The notes below the pieces were generated by a model. The model saw only the letters and a list, made by a program, of their open reading frames with translations, was not told where the DNA came from and made no database searches. Source: Octopus vulgaris (taxonomy: Eukaryota). From it: 64,000 nt of DNA. The stretch covers positions 45,384,001 to 45,448,000 of the forward strand of contig OX597829.1 in the NCBI GenBank assembly GCA_951406725.2, given 5' to 3'. This document shows positions 1 through 14,632 of this stretch, piece by piece. Position numbers and translations under genes: made by a program. The number at the start of each line of letters is the position of its first letter. The first letter of the stretch is position 1.

Positions 1-537
1 TGCAAGGGCACAACCTCAAAGGGTTTTTGTCTGATAAATTGACCTCAGAACTTAGTGTTTTTTTAAAACCTAATACTTGTTCTGTTGGTCATTTTTGCCA
101 AGCTACTCTCACAGAGATGTAAACAAACCAACACTGGTTATCAAGCAGTGGTCAAAGACATGCACATAAATATATAAAAGATCCCCTTTGGTCATTCATG
201 ACCAAGGGATTGCACCTCAGAAGTTCCTATCTGAAATAAAAGTCCAGGTAAGGCTGGTTCTGGAAAACCAGCAGTCACTCATGCATACCAGCCTCCCCTC
301 TTCACACCACTGATGTTATCCAAGGGGAAGGTAAAAACTGATATGACTTGGCACCTGTGATATTGCAACTCATTTCTACAGCTCAGTGAACTGGAGCAAC
401 GTGAAATAAAAAGTCTTGCTCAAGAACACAACACACAGTCCGGTCCAGAAATCGAACTCGTTGTCTCATGATTGTGAGCCTGGAGCATGATGCTCTAACC
501 ACTGAGCCATGTGTTTGTGTGTGTATATATACACACA

Positions 538-744
538 CAGTAATCCCTTGACTATCATGGGTGTTATGTTCCCAAACCCTCCACGATAAGTGAAGACATG
601 CGAAGTAGAAACAGTACGGTATATATATTTAAAAAAAATTATTTTTGTAATTTGTATATATTTATTTTATTATAAATGTAAAACAACACCACAGAGGAAT
701 CGACAAGCTTAAATAATAAACCGTGATATGGCAAGGGATTACTG
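538..744. mobile_element. Tigger/pogo-type MITE
   Basis: TIRs CAGTAATCCCTTG (538-550) and CAAGGGATTACTG (732-744), imperfectly extending to ~23 bp. TA on the right flank. Confidence 0.7.
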
Positions 745-3700
745 TATCTCACTCTCTCTATATATATATACACACACAAACATATATATATGATGGACTG
801 TTCCGTTAGACGACGTATGAGGGTTCAACAATTTCTTGCCGAACAACAACATAGATGATTTGTTTATTGTGATCAAATGTTTGTGTAGACATAAGCTCGT
901 TCCCTCCATCAGATTGACATTACCTGTACAGGTGCCACATGTCAGATTTCAAAATGATCGCAGAGCAACGTGAAATGAAGTGCTTTGCTCAAGAACTACA
1001 CAACCCCCAATCTGGAAATTGTGAATACAACACCTTAACCACTAAGCTATGTGCCTCCACAATACACACACACACACTGGGCTTTTTTTAGTTCTTGTCT
1101 TCCATTTCCACTCAAAGGATTTGGTTGGCCCAGGGTATTAGTAGACCAATATGGTTGGGAAGCAAACTTTTTACCACACAGCCACAACAATATTTATCAC
1201 ATTGCCTGTCACGTGTCTTAGTGGTTAGGACAATTTTTTATTGAAAAATTTCGTATTTTTATATATATCTATATTTTCTTATAAGATAATATACCTACAA
1301 GTATTTAATTATTTTATTGTTTTTATCTTGGACCTGATGAGTGACTATATTTAAATTGAATTGATTTTACTGTTATCAGTTTGAAAATATAGCCATGAGA
1401 CAGGTGTAGTCTATTTACTATTTATATACTATCTATTTATAATTTCGTACTTTATTTAGTTCTAGGTAAATGTTTGAGCATATCTTTAATTTTTTGCTAT
1501 GTGGTATGACTTAAGTATATCATATCATTGTTGAATTGCTACATGGTGGTTCTTTTCTAATTTATATACATATATATATAATTTAGTTATAAGGATTCAT
1601 TAGTATCAAGGCACATCAACACAATAGGATGTCAGCAATGGCTAGGTATGATAACATACAGCTCACTGTGAGGTAAAACAATGTTGAAAAAACATCAAGT
1701 GTTAGTAGGATATTGTAGTAATGTAAGCACCAAATCCAGTTTAAGCTTTAGGGTTGGTCCTTGGTGTGGCACATGTATAAAAAGTAAGCATAAATAACGT
1801 ACCCCACAGAATTTTTTTAGTTTCCATCTCCCAAATGCACTTACAAGGTTTTGGTTGGTCTAAGGCACTTGCCTAAGATGCCATCTAGTGAGACTGAACT
1901 CAGGACCATGTATTCAGGAAGCAAGCTTCTTACCACACAGCATTTGAAAGAATATATTTCAATGATACTCTTAATGTCTAACTATTCCCATACGTCTTCT
2001 GTATTTGAAGAACATCTTCCTCTGTCAGTCAGTTTCTAATTACACTACACCTTTTGTGGGAAGATAGTTTACATTGGGTACCTCATGTAGAAATCCTATT
2101 CGATCTTTTTTTTTTTTTTTTTAATGTGTAATCAAGCATAACACCTTCTCTGGCAGTAATGTCCCCGTTCATGAATATAATTTGTTGATACTGGCTCTGC
2201 AATTGTATCCGCAAGATTTTATTGTGCCCGTAATGCACAAGATATACTCTTTTACTTGTTTCAGTCATTTGACTGGCCATGCTGGAGCACCGCCTTTAGT
2301 CTAGCAAATCGATCCCAGGACTTATTCTTTGTAAGCCTAGTACTTATTCTATCGGTGTCTTTTGCCGAACCACTAAGTTACGGGTACATAAACACACCAG
2401 CATCGGTTGTCAAGCGATGTTGGCAATACAAATACACACGCACATACATATATATACTTATCAATAAATATATTTGGTTCAGTATTTCACATACATCATA
2501 GATATGAGGAAAATATGTATGTATGTATATATATATATATAGGTGGAGGAGTGGCTGTGTGGTAAGTAGCTTGCTTACCAATCACATGGTTCCAGGTTCA
2601 TTCCCACTGCATGGCACCTTGGGTAAGTGTCTTCAACTATAGCCTTGGGCTCACCAAAGCATTGTGAGTGGATTTGGTAGATGGAAACTGAAAGATGCCC
2701 GTTCTATATATGTATATATATATATATGTGTGTGTGTGTGTTTGTCCCCACCCCCCAACATCGCTTGACAACCGATACAGGTGTGTTCCCGTTCCCGTAA
2801 CTTAGTGGTTCAGCAAAAGAGACCAATAGAATAAGTACTAGGCTTCCAAAGAATAAGTCCCGGGGTCGATTTGCTTGACTAAAGGCGGTGCTCCAGCATG
2901 GCCGCAGTCAAATGACTGAAACAAGTAAAGAGAGAAAGATATATATATAAACATATATATATACATACATATATATATATATGTTTCTATGTATGTATGT
3001 ATGTATGTATGAGTATATTGTATTGTGTGTGTGTAAATATAAGTTGTGCAGTGAACTGGTGGTAATATGTGTTCTAGGATCCTGATTGACATTTACCATA
3101 CGTCAAGATATTGGAAACAGCTACTGTAGGTGACTGTATCCTCCGTATATGGATTTATATAGGAGAAGGTGTTGAAAGAGACGGAGAGAATGAGAGGTGG
3201 GAACTGAGATGAAGGAAGAGAGAGAGAGAGAGAGAGAGAGGTGGGGAGAGATTGTGCATGCTTGTATAAATGAGTGGGTGGATGCATGTAAATGATATAA
3301 CACGACAAACAAGCAACAGACCAGGACACCAGGGAGAGACAGACAAAGAAACAGAGGGAGAAAGACTGATAAATAGACAGACAGACTTATAAACAGACTG
3401 ATAGGCAGACAGACAGACAGAGAAATAGACAGACGGACGGACCGAGACAGACAGACAGATAGACATGCAGGCAGGCAGATAGATGGACAGACAGACAGAT
3501 AGGTCATTAAACCAAGACAATTTGGGTTTTGTTTCAGCAAATGGCGGTGCCCCAGCATGGCCACAGCTTCGTGAGCTGAAACTAGATTAAAATAAATAAA
3601 ATAAAAAATAATACATAAAAATAAAACAAATAATTCAAACAGTGGATAATTATCGTGTTTGAAAGCTATAAATAAATAGAAAGATAGACATTTGATATAT

Positions 3701-4724
3701 ATATATATATATGTATACAAAATAAGAAAATGGAGAAATACATCCAAATCAAATATCAATTACCAGATAGTACTCAATCACATACTTTATTAAACCACCA
3801 CATAAGAGACTGTAGGGTTAAATATAAAAAAGCAGAACAAAACAGTGTACATAAAGGAATGTACATAAAAAAGTGTACTTAAAAGAGTAATGTTATACAA
3901 TAAGTAGAATATATATAACAGAATATAAATATAAGTAAATATAAATATTTACAACCCCTACTTCAATTTGTATATATATATATATATACATACATATATA
4001 TATATATATATATGAGAGAGAGATGTACATCACTAAATAGGCTGGAAAGGAATAGACAGACACATGAACAGGCATATCAAGATCCTTGCATTTGTCTTTC
4101 TTTTTATCTGCTCTTAGTATGCTAGCTAGTTAGCTTAGCTAACTACCTAGATGAACAAATACAAAGGTGGGGAAATAAATGTACGTGTGGGGAAAAAATG
4201 ATATTTGTATTAGAAATGAGAGAGAAAATCTTGATTCTCAACTGGACTGGTTTGTTTTATCCACCCACCTCTTGTGCTAGAATTATCAGTGAATTTAATC
4301 CTAGAACAAAAAGAGAGAGAATCAAAGCTGCTAGGATTATCAGTAAGACTGGCTTGCTACTTTGACTGGCTTGCCGCTTTAACTGGCTTGCCGCTTTAAC
4401 TGGCTTCCATGCCGGTGGCATGTAAAAGCACCATCCGATCCTGGTCGATGCTAGTTCCTTTGGCCTCAGTGCTGGTGGCACGTAAAAAGCACCCACTACA
4501 CTCATGGAGTGGTTAGTGTTAGGAAGGGCATCCAGCTGTAGAAACACTGCCAGATTAGAGTGGGGCGTGGTGCAGCCTCCTGGCTTCCCAGACCCCAGTC
4601 AAACTGTCCAACCCATGCTAGCATGGAAAGCGGACGCTAAACGATGATGATGATGATGTATGAAACAGGTAAAAGAGAGAGAGTAAACCCCTTTGATTAT
4701 TATTTTATTCTGGTTGCCTTCCCA

Positions 4725-4758
<34 letters not shown>

Positions 4759-5749
4759 CCATTAAATGTTTAAAACTTGTTTTATAGATACTTCTTACGA
4801 AATTCCTATTTTGTTCTTCACAAGTTCACTTTGGAAGAGAACTCTCTGCGAGGACATTGTTTCTGTGGCAGAAAACACGTTAAACTATGAAAAACAATGG
4901 AGAAAGAAACCTAGCTGTTTCTTGCAAATAAACACATCATCATCATCATCGTTTAGCATCCGCTTTCCATGCTAGCATGGGTAGGACGGTTCGACCAGGG
5001 TCTGGGAAGCCAGAAGGCTGCACCAGGCCCAGTCTGATCTGGCAATGTTTCTACAGCTGGATGCCCTTCCTAACACCAACCACTCCAAGAGTGTAGTGGG
5101 TGCTTTTTACGTGCCACTGGCACGGAGACCAGTCGGGGCACGCTGGCAACGGCCACGTTCAGATGGTTCTCTCATGTGCCGCCGGCACTGGTATCGCAGC
5201 TACAATTTCCATTGATGTTGATCGATTTTGATTTTGATTTTTTGATTTTTTGATTTTCACTTGCCTCAACAGGTCTTCACAAATAGAGTTTTGTGTCCCA
5301 AGAAGGAAATGTAAAGTAAAATTTTTTCATGGACCATTAAAAAACTAGTGTGGATCCTCAGTTCAATATTTTGCTTGCATCAACCCCAAAAATCTTATAT
5401 AAACCCTCAGTGTCCATATGGACTCTGGTTGAGAATCACTGGTTTAGAGGGTCGGGCAAGATACAATAAGGCTCTTTGCAGTCTGACACACCACTACCTG
5501 TAACTCTATTGGTGCCAAACTATATCAGTCAACTCGGTAGGATTTTTTTCTTGGATAAACTTTGACTTAGAAGTATAAGCACTTGCCATACTTGTCTAAG
5601 CCTGTTGCATACATGAATGTGCAGTGGCACAGTCCACCTTGATCAACAAAGAAACTCAAGTAAATCCAACTTTGCAACAGAGAATTATAATGAATTAACA
5701 AAACAATTAAAACTGTTATGGGCAAATGAAGGAGCCTGTGCATGGTCAG

Positions 5750-6070
5750 TCAGCCTGCTAGAAACAGCAGTCAAATTTCATTCAAATCAACCTGTTAGAA
5801 ATAACAGTCATGTTTCCCCCAAACTGATCTGCTAGAAAGAATATTCAAATATCCCTTGAATTGACCTGCTAGAAACAACAATCGAATTTCCCTCAAATCA
5901 ACCTACCACCTACCAGAAGACATTCAAATTTCTCTCAAACTGATCAGCTAGAAATAACAGTCAAGTTTCCTTCAAACCAACCTGCTAGAAATAATAGTCA
6001 AATTTCCCTGAAATTGACCTGCTAGAAACAGTTAAACTTCCATCAAATTGACCTGCTAGAAACAATATTC
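5750..6070. repeat. ~37-bp minisatellite
   Basis: About 8 diverged copies of ACCTGCTAGAAACAACAGTCAAATTTCCCTCAAATTG. Confidence 0.85.
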
Positions 6071-8269
6071 AGATCCATTGTTGCCTAAGTTTCTTCATGG
6101 TGAACATCCATTGCTCTTTTTATAGTTACTCAAGAAACAGGAAGAAAGAGTGAGAGAAAGTTAGGGTGAGAGTGTACAACAGGGGTCGCTACCACCCCAC
6201 TGCTGGAGCCTCGTAGAGCTTTAGGTGTTTTCACTCAATGCCCGGTCTGGGAATCGAAACCACGATTCTCCGACCACAAGTTCGCTGCCTTAACCACTGG
6301 GCTATTGCGCCTCCACAAATGATGATAATGTCCTTGTTTGGATTAACAAAATTGAGTGACAACCTCATGAGTATAGAATTTGCCAAGACCTGCACTGGAA
6401 GCCCACTCATCAGATATAAAGATGTTGTATGAAATTTTGGTGTGTCATTGGTGTTGCTTCCAGTTCTGCTTTCCATGCTGGTATGGGTTAGATGGATTGA
6501 CTGGAAATGACAAGCTGGAGACCTAAACCAAGTTCCAGTTCAGTTTGGCTATAGAGACCATGCCAAATCAGACTGGAACTTGGCACAGTTCTCTGGCTTG
6601 CCAGTTCCAGTCAAACCATCTCACCCATGCCAGCATGGAAAGCAGACTCTAAATGATGATTTATTTATGCGCCCTTTTCAAGCCTAGTCAGGCTCATGGG
6701 CCTGGTTTCCCAGTTTCTGTGACGTATGTGTTGCTCCCCAGCTGGACGGGATGCCAGTCCATCGCAGCGTTACTCAAGAAACAGGAAGAAAAAGTGAGAA
6801 AAAGTTGTGGCCAAAGAGTACATCAGGGGTCGCCACCAACCCCCTGCTGGAATCCTCGTGGAGCTTTAGGTGTTTACACTCAATAAACACACACAACGCC
6901 CGGTCTGGGAATTGAAACCACAATTCTCTGACTGCGAGTCCACTGCCCTAATCACTGGGTCATTGCGCCTCCACAAATGATGGTAATGACAATTTATTTT
7001 CAATTTTTTTCTGACAATTTACCTTCACTGCATATTAACCATTATTGTTTACAGCTGTGAACTTTACAATACGTTACCAAAGTCGACCATATTGCATGAC
7101 AAGAACAGATTCTGCTGTCAATTTTCTCTAACTCTCTTTTGTTCATATTTCAATGAAGAAACGTCACGTAATCAATTAATACAGTAGCATTAATGGTGGC
7201 TTAGGGTTGAAAGAACACCACTGTATTCAAAACTGCTTTATATTTGAATGTAAAGGCACGTGGCTTAGTGGTTAGGGCATTCAACTCATGATTGTAAGGT
7301 CAAGAGTTCAATTCCCAGCAACACATTGTGTCCTTGAGCAAGACACTTTATTTCACAGCAGGCAAAAATGAGTAGTACCTATATTTCAAAGGGGCCAGCC
7401 TTGTCACACTCTGTGTCACACTGAATCTCCCTGAGAACTACATTAATGATACATAGGTGCTAGAGTGGCTGTATGGTAAGTAGCTTGCTTACCAACCACA
7501 TGATTCCGGGTTCAGTCCCACTGCATGGCACCTTGGGCAAGTGTCTTCTACTATAGCCTCGAGCCAACCAAAGCCTTGTGAGTGGATTTGGTAGACGGAA
7601 ACTGAAAGAAGCCTGTCGTATATATGTATATATGTATGTGTGTGTATATGTTTGTGTGTCTGTGTTTGTCCCCCTAGCATTGCTTGACAACCGATGCTGG
7701 TGTGTTTACGTCCCCCGTCACTTAGCAGTTCGGCAAAATAGACCGATAGAATAAGTAACTAGGCTTACAAAGAATAAGTCCCGGGGTCGATTTGCTCGAC
7801 TATAGGGCGGTGCTCCAGCATGGCCGCAGTCAAATGACTGAAACAAGTATAAGTAAAAGTAAGTAAAGTAAAGTGTCTGCGGAGGGCTCAGCCACTGGCA
7901 CGTTAATTTCATGAGCAGGCCGTTCTGTTGATCCTATCAGCTGGGACCCTCATCGTCATAACCGACAAAGTGCTCCTTATATTTGAATATATATTATTAG
8001 ATGTAAAAATCTACAATTAATGTCTAGGCTTTGAAAACTATTGAATTTTTAATCTTTTGAAATATTTTTCAGAAATAGACACAGGAAAATTAATATAATG
8101 AGAAGATTGATTTTATGAGTTTACAGCAAAATTCTTAATTAAATTATCGATTAAAAAAGGTTAAATGATTTGATTTGATTTTAATATTGTGAAAAGAATG
8201 CTTCGATTATTATTTCTCTTGGTGCTTCAATTAATAACTGCTGGATACAGTTTAAACTTACGCCTGTCT

Positions 8270-8870
8270 TGCGTCTCTCATCTTTCCCTCTCTCTCTCTC
8301 TCTCTTCCTTGCCACTTTCCCTCTCTCTTCCTTTCCCTCTTTCCTCTCTCTCTCTTTTTCTCTCTTCCCTTCCTGCTTTTCTCCCTCGTTTCTTTCTCTC
8401 TTCCCTTCCCACTTTCCTCTCTCTCTCTCTTCCTTTTCCTCTTTCCTATCTCTCTCTCTCTTTTCTCTCTTCCCTTCCTGCTTTCTTCTCTTATCTCTCT
8501 CTCTCATCCCTTCCCACTTTCCTCTCTCTCTCTCTCTTCCTTTTCCTCTTTCCTATCTCTCTCTCTCTTTTCTCTCTTCCCTTCCTGCTTTCTTCTCTTA
8601 TCTCTCTCTCTTCCCTTCCCACTTTCCTCTCTCTCCCTTTTCCTCTTTCCTCTCTCTCTCTCTTCTCTCTTCCCCTCCCACTTTCCTCTATCATCACTCT
8701 TTCTCTCATCTAACTCTCACATCTCTCTCTCTCTCTCTCTCATCTCACTCTCACATCTCACTCTCCCCTTTCTCTCTTTCCTCTTCCTCTCTTTTTCTCT
8801 CTTCCCTTCCAACTTTCCTCTCTCTTTCTTTCTCTCTTTCTTCTCTCCCCCCCTCTCTCTCCCCACCCCC
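8270..8870. repeat. Polypyrimidine (CT-rich) tract with internal duplications
   Basis: Almost purine-free on the + strand. A GA-rich counterpart lies at ~11140-11525. Confidence 0.9.
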
Positions 8871-9398
8871 ACACACACTTACATCTGTATCTGTTATCAT
8901 TTATTTTTCTGTCTGAAAAAATAACAAAAAACACAATTGAGTAACCACACCCTCTCCCAGCTGCGAGATCTTTGTCTTGCAAGTTATTCAGTGTTCCCTA
9001 ATGGTGTTGGTAAAAGCACCCAGTACACTCTGTAAAGTGTAAAGATGTTAGGAAAGACAAGCGGACATAAAAACCACACCAAAGCAATGAATGGAGCCCA
9101 GTGCAGCTCTCTGGCTTGCCAATGCCTGTCAGACCATCCAACTCATGCCAGTCTGGAAGACAGTTGTTAAGCAATGACGATGATGATGATGAAGAATTTA
9201 ATTCTTTGGTTTGATTCCACAATAAATTTTTTTTTAAGGGCCAAATTATTCATTCCAGTAATGAAATGTAGAAATTGTTAAATTCTTGGATTATGGAAGG
9301 AAAACTAAGTCATTTCCATGAAAGATCTTGAAACATATTTCTGATTTTGCAAACCAAAATGCTCATATTTATATATGTATGTACATATGTATGTTTGC

Positions 9399-9429
<31 letters not shown>

Positions 9430-9698
9430 TACATATATATATACATACATGTGAATATATCATCATCATTGTTTAAAGTCCGTTTTTCATGCTGGCATGG
9501 GTTGGACGGTTTAACTGGGGACTAGCAAGCCAGGCTCCAATCTGATTTGGCAAGGTTTCTACGGGTGGATGCACTTCCTAATACCAACCACTCTGAGGGT
9601 GTAGTGGGTGCTTTTTACATGACACCAGGATCTTCTGTGTTTGTCTCCCTTCCGGTTGTACACTCAGTACACGTTATGTCATTTGTTATATATGTAAA

Positions 9699-10208
9699 CT
9701 AGCAGTATCGCCCGGCGTTGCTCGGGTTTGTAAGGGAAATAACTATATAAGCATTTTTAGAGAGTTACTTCCCTTATAGATGCCAATTCGGGCTTTCTTA
9801 GCCATTTCTGTTTTGGTGTCTTCAAGCCATGAAGTCGTTGTTCTAAAAGAACGCTGGTCTCCTTGACAACGCATTACGACGTTGATTTCTTTACACTCCC
9901 TTCCCCACAGCTTCACGAGGGAGGGAAGGGGGAGAAGCAAACAGGTGCAGCTGTGAGCGTGGACGCCAACTCCGCCGCCATCGACACACGAAAAATTATG
10001 CATTAAAATGGAATAAAAAATGATGTTAAATTATTTTTAAAATCGTAGACTCATCGTTGACGCGCGCTAATAGCCAGACGGGCTTGATATGAATCATGAC
10101 TATAAGATACCCGAATTTGGTTAAACTGCACCGCAAAATGTGGGAGGAGTTAGGAATCTAAATCGAAGGGGACAGACACTCACACAACTAGAGTTTTATA
10201 TATATAGA
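9699..10208 (-). mobile_element. Non-autonomous Helitron (~510 bp)
   Basis: On the - strand it begins TCTATATATATAAAAC and ends with a GC-rich hairpin (CCCGAGCAACGCCGGG) and then CTAG. Inserted between A and T with no TSD. Confidence 0.8.
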
Positions 10209-10234
10209 TATATATATAAGTGAATATATATATG

Positions 10235-10302
<68 letters not shown>

Positions 10303-11949
10303 ATGAAAAAACACAGATTTGTTTTACGAGACTAAAGAATATATTTAAATCATCATAGCAAAAGTATTATACAATATTAATGAAAATAAGATTTATATAC
10401 TATTGTGTCTGGGGAGAGTCATTTTCTTTTTGTGCCTTATATTTTCACACTCACCAATAAAATTTCCACTTATTTCTTATTTTTATTTTACCGGTGAGTG
10501 TGTTAAATTATAAGGCACAAAAAGAAAATGACTCTCCCTAGACACAACAGAATATGCTTCAACACACGAACTCATATAAAGAATCTTGCAAACCAAATCC
10601 CAAAACAAAAGATTTATATATATATATATATATGTTGGTGCTAGTGCTATGTAAAAAGCACCCTGTACACTCTGTAGAGAGATTGAAATCAGGAATGGCA
10701 TCCTATTGTAGAAACCAAGCGAAAACAGACTATGGAATCTGGTGTGGCCCCTGGCCTTGTCAGTTTCTGTCAAGGAAAACAGATGTTAAACATTGACATT
10801 GACGATACGTGTATGTGTGTGTGTGTTTGTCCTTGTCCTCCCACCGTTTGACAACCAGTGTTGTTTTGTTTATGTCCCTCATAGCTTAACTGTTCAGCAC
10901 AAGTAACCAATTGAATATGGCACCAAACTTACAAAATAAGTATCGGGATCGATTTGTTCAACTGAACTCCAGCATGATTGCACTCAAAATGACAGACAAG
11001 TAAATGGTAAAAGATATTCCTGGCAGCGGCGGTGGTGTTGGTGGTGGAAACTATGTGTGTTGGTTCATGTGCATGCATGTGTATATTCCCATGTATATAC
11101 TGTATACGTGTGTGCATGTCTGTGTAGGTGTTTCTGTACACGAAAGAAGGGAAAGAGAGAGAGAGACAGAGACAGACTAATAGAAAGAGAGAGGGAGACA
11201 GAGCAACAAAGAAAGAGAGAGAAAGAGATAGAAAGATGGAGAAAGAGAGAGGCTGAAAAAGAGAGAGACAGACAGACAGACAGATAGAGAAAGAGAGAAA
11301 AAGAGAGTGAGACAGAGCAAGAGAGAGAGAGAGAGAGCAGAAAAGAGAAAGTGAGAGAGAGTAAGAAAGAAATAGAGAAAGAGAGATAGAAATAGAAAGT
11401 GAGAGAGAAAAAGAGAGAGTAAGAGAGAAAGAAAGACAAAGTGAGAGAGAAAAAGAGAAAGTGAGAGAGAAAAAGAGAAAGTGAGAGACAGAGAAAAAGA
11501 AAGAAAGAGAGAGAGAGAGAGAAGTAGGCAGGCAGGCAGGCATGCATGCAGGCAACCTAGAAATCTAACGACCATCCAATATTAAGATTTAATATGACAG
11601 AGAAGGAATCAAATATAGAAATTTAAAAATAGAAGAGAATGAATGTGTTTGGAGGACACTTTGCCTAGATCTGTTCTTGCCGTCGTCGTCTTCGTCGTTG
11701 TTGTCTCTGATCAAGAAGACCTATGATCAAAAGCATTCCAGCCGTGACCATCCCGTCTTTTACCTAGTGTAAGGAACTCTGGTCCACATTATTCAACACA
11801 GCCTCACTTCTGATGAGAGGATATTGGCTGCTATTTCTAGCAGGTTGAACAATCACGTAGTGGCTTTCCTTACAATATGATTTTTTTTCCTGTTACTCTT
11901 TAACCCTTGTAAGCAGCGTGCCTGTTGTGGCCATGCTGGAGCAGTCTTT

Positions 11950-11992
<43 letters not shown>

Positions 11993-12362
11993 TTGATGAA
12001 AGAGAACGAGTAGGATCCAAAAATGGTCGGAAATATAACAGAGAAAAATCTAATAAATGAATTAAATAAATAAATAAATAGAGGAGTGAAAGGAGAAATA
12101 TAAGAAAGGAGAGTGTGTGAAAGAAAGAGAGGAGAAAAGAGTAAGAGAGGGATAGGGGTAAACGGAAAGGGAAGGAGAAAAAAGAGAGAAATTAAAGAGG
12201 TAGGAGAAGATCAAAAGAAAGGGGCGAAGGTGGAGAGGAAGATGTGCGGTTTGAGGTGGTGGTGGTGGTAGTGGGGAATACAAATAAAGCTGGGGAAAAC
12301 AACAGGGGAGGAGGAGACAGATTAAGGAGGAAAAGAAGGAGGAGGGGAAGATAGATAGATAT

Positions 12363-12396
<34 letters not shown>

Positions 12397-12586
12397 GAAG
12401 GGGACACAAAACAAACGTGGAGACGACATTGGAAAAAAGATAGGAGGAAGAGAGAAACGAAAGACAGAGTAGGAAATAAAAGGAAATGCTAAAAATAAAA
12501 TAAGAAAATACCTAAAGAGAAAAAAAAAATTAACAACAACAACAATAACAAAAAATCGATAATTATTTCCTAAGTTTTTGCTGGCG

Positions 12587-12615
12587 TGACGTCAGTTGTA
12601 TAAATTATAATAAAA
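12587..12615 (+). promoter_or_regulatory. Putative 7B2 core promoter: perfect CRE and TATA box
   Basis: TGACGTCA at 12587-12594, TATAAA at 12599-12604 and a second TATAATAAAA at 12606-12615, all just upstream of the candidate exon 1. Confidence 0.6.
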
Positions 12616-12629
12616 TATGATAATTCGCT

Positions 12630-12765
12630 TCGCGTATTTATCGAACTGACAACAGGTCTTTATAGTTCCTGTTAAGACGAGCCACCGTCGTACACCAGCA
12701 GAACACGGGCATCATTTATATTGAGGTCATTTAAATAACAAATCCAGCCAAACTGCCAGATACAG
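12630..12765 (+). other. SCG5: Probable non-coding first exon (5' UTR) of 7B2; start approximate
   Basis: Non-repetitive, CpG-containing stretch ~30 nt downstream of a TATA box, ending in a consensus donor CAG|GTAAGA at 12765/12766. The first coding exon has an acceptor 12 nt before its ATG, so an upstream exon is required. Confidence 0.6.
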
Positions 12766-12989
12766 GTAAGAAATTTATATCCATAAGAAATATAGATATA
12801 TATTTTTTTCACGTTCGTTTTGTTTTCTCTTTTTCATTCGGTGAAATGCTGTATATATATCATTTGTTATTTGTTATTCTCGCAACATTATGGAGGATGG
12901 ATTGTTGATGTTGAATCTGGAGTTTGCTTGTGTGTGTGTGTGTGTGTGTGTGTTTCTTTTCTTTAATGATTGTTTTGATTTAGTTTCCA

Positions 12990-13046
<57 letters not shown>

Positions 13047-13349
13047 GTGAGTACAAAAATAATATCAATGAAAATTGCATTACTTTCCGACTACCCTCGT
13101 ATATAAATGAATATACAAACGTAGTCAATACTTTCTTATACACGCACATACATATTACATGTATTCACATACATACATATTGATACACACACACATACGC
13201 ATACATACATACATACATGCATACATACATACATACTTACATACATACATACACACACGCATCTATGTTTATGTACGTATATGTGAAAACGAAAGTGAAA
13301 GTAAGAGGAAGTAAAGAAAATATATTAGCGCTGAGTGGAGGGAGGAGGA

Positions 13350-13466
<117 letters not shown>

Positions 13467-13740
13467 CCTATTTGTCTGTCTGTTTGTGTCCACTCCTCTT
13501 TCTCGTCTCTGTCAGTTCCCATATCTATTTCATTTTGATGTCATTCACTATCTATTTGATGCCTTCTTCCTCTCATCACTTATATCATCAGCTTATACAT
13601 GCTTGTGTTCATGTAGTCGCGCATGTACGTATGGCGCTTACGCAACACACGTGTACGCCTATGTAACAAACATGTACAGTAAATAACATATGGCCGAACA
13701 AACATGTTATATATATATATATATATACGTGTGGGTATAT

Positions 13741-13874
13741 GACATTCCTTCGGTATTGGTCAACAGTGTCGGTGAGAGAAGACGATGTCATTCACCTTCT
13801 TTTTCAGCCTAGCCTCTTTATGTATATCATGATGTAAGGTTGTGTGGGTGAATGTACCAATATCGAAGGGTTAC
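13741..13874. mobile_element. Small MITE, copy 1
   Basis: TIR CCTTCGGTATTGGT...ACCAATATCGAAGG. Internal sequence is the reverse complement of the copy at 16243. Confidence 0.6.
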
Positions 13875-13888
13875 AAGATCTATGTGTA

Positions 13889-13968
<80 letters not shown>

Positions 13969-14632
13969 TATGTGTGAATGTTTTGGGGGAAAAAAGTGAG
14001 AATATGATAAAAATTAGAATTATGAGATTTCATGAAGGCAAAAACAGAACATTTTTGTCACTTTCTCTATTTGTCTTTTCTCTTCTTGCCTTTCCTTTCG
14101 CTATTTTGCTTTTCATCATTTTTTCTTATTGTTTTCTTATAAATTGAATAATCAACAAATATGTTGAAGAAAAAAATATAGAATTAAATCTGATCAATAT
14201 GGCGGCTTTTGCTAGTCCTGTATGTTGAGCGAAAGGCGACCAACAAGAATGACATACCTGGGTTTTATTTCTTTAAGCTTTTTAAAGAATGATTTGGCAT
14301 CCTGAAAAACAAAACACATATAGACGGCTTCCGTAAAGAAGCCATCTATACATGTTTTTCTTTTAATATTGCCTATGTTTTAGCCACGTGACTGAGTACA
14401 AACACAACCGCCAACCAAGGATTGCGATTTTGTTTGTTTTTCATCTGTGGGTGAGAGGGTCAGTAATTGAAACAAATAGCAGGAACATTATAAGGAATTC
14501 AGTTGACCATTAATGTATTGGAATGGTTTTATATATACAGCACACTTGCATTTAAAGTACTGCCCGCCCTGTACATAAACACAAATACTCCTCCTACCTA
14601 CACGAAAACAATGGCCTACACACGTCCTAAAC

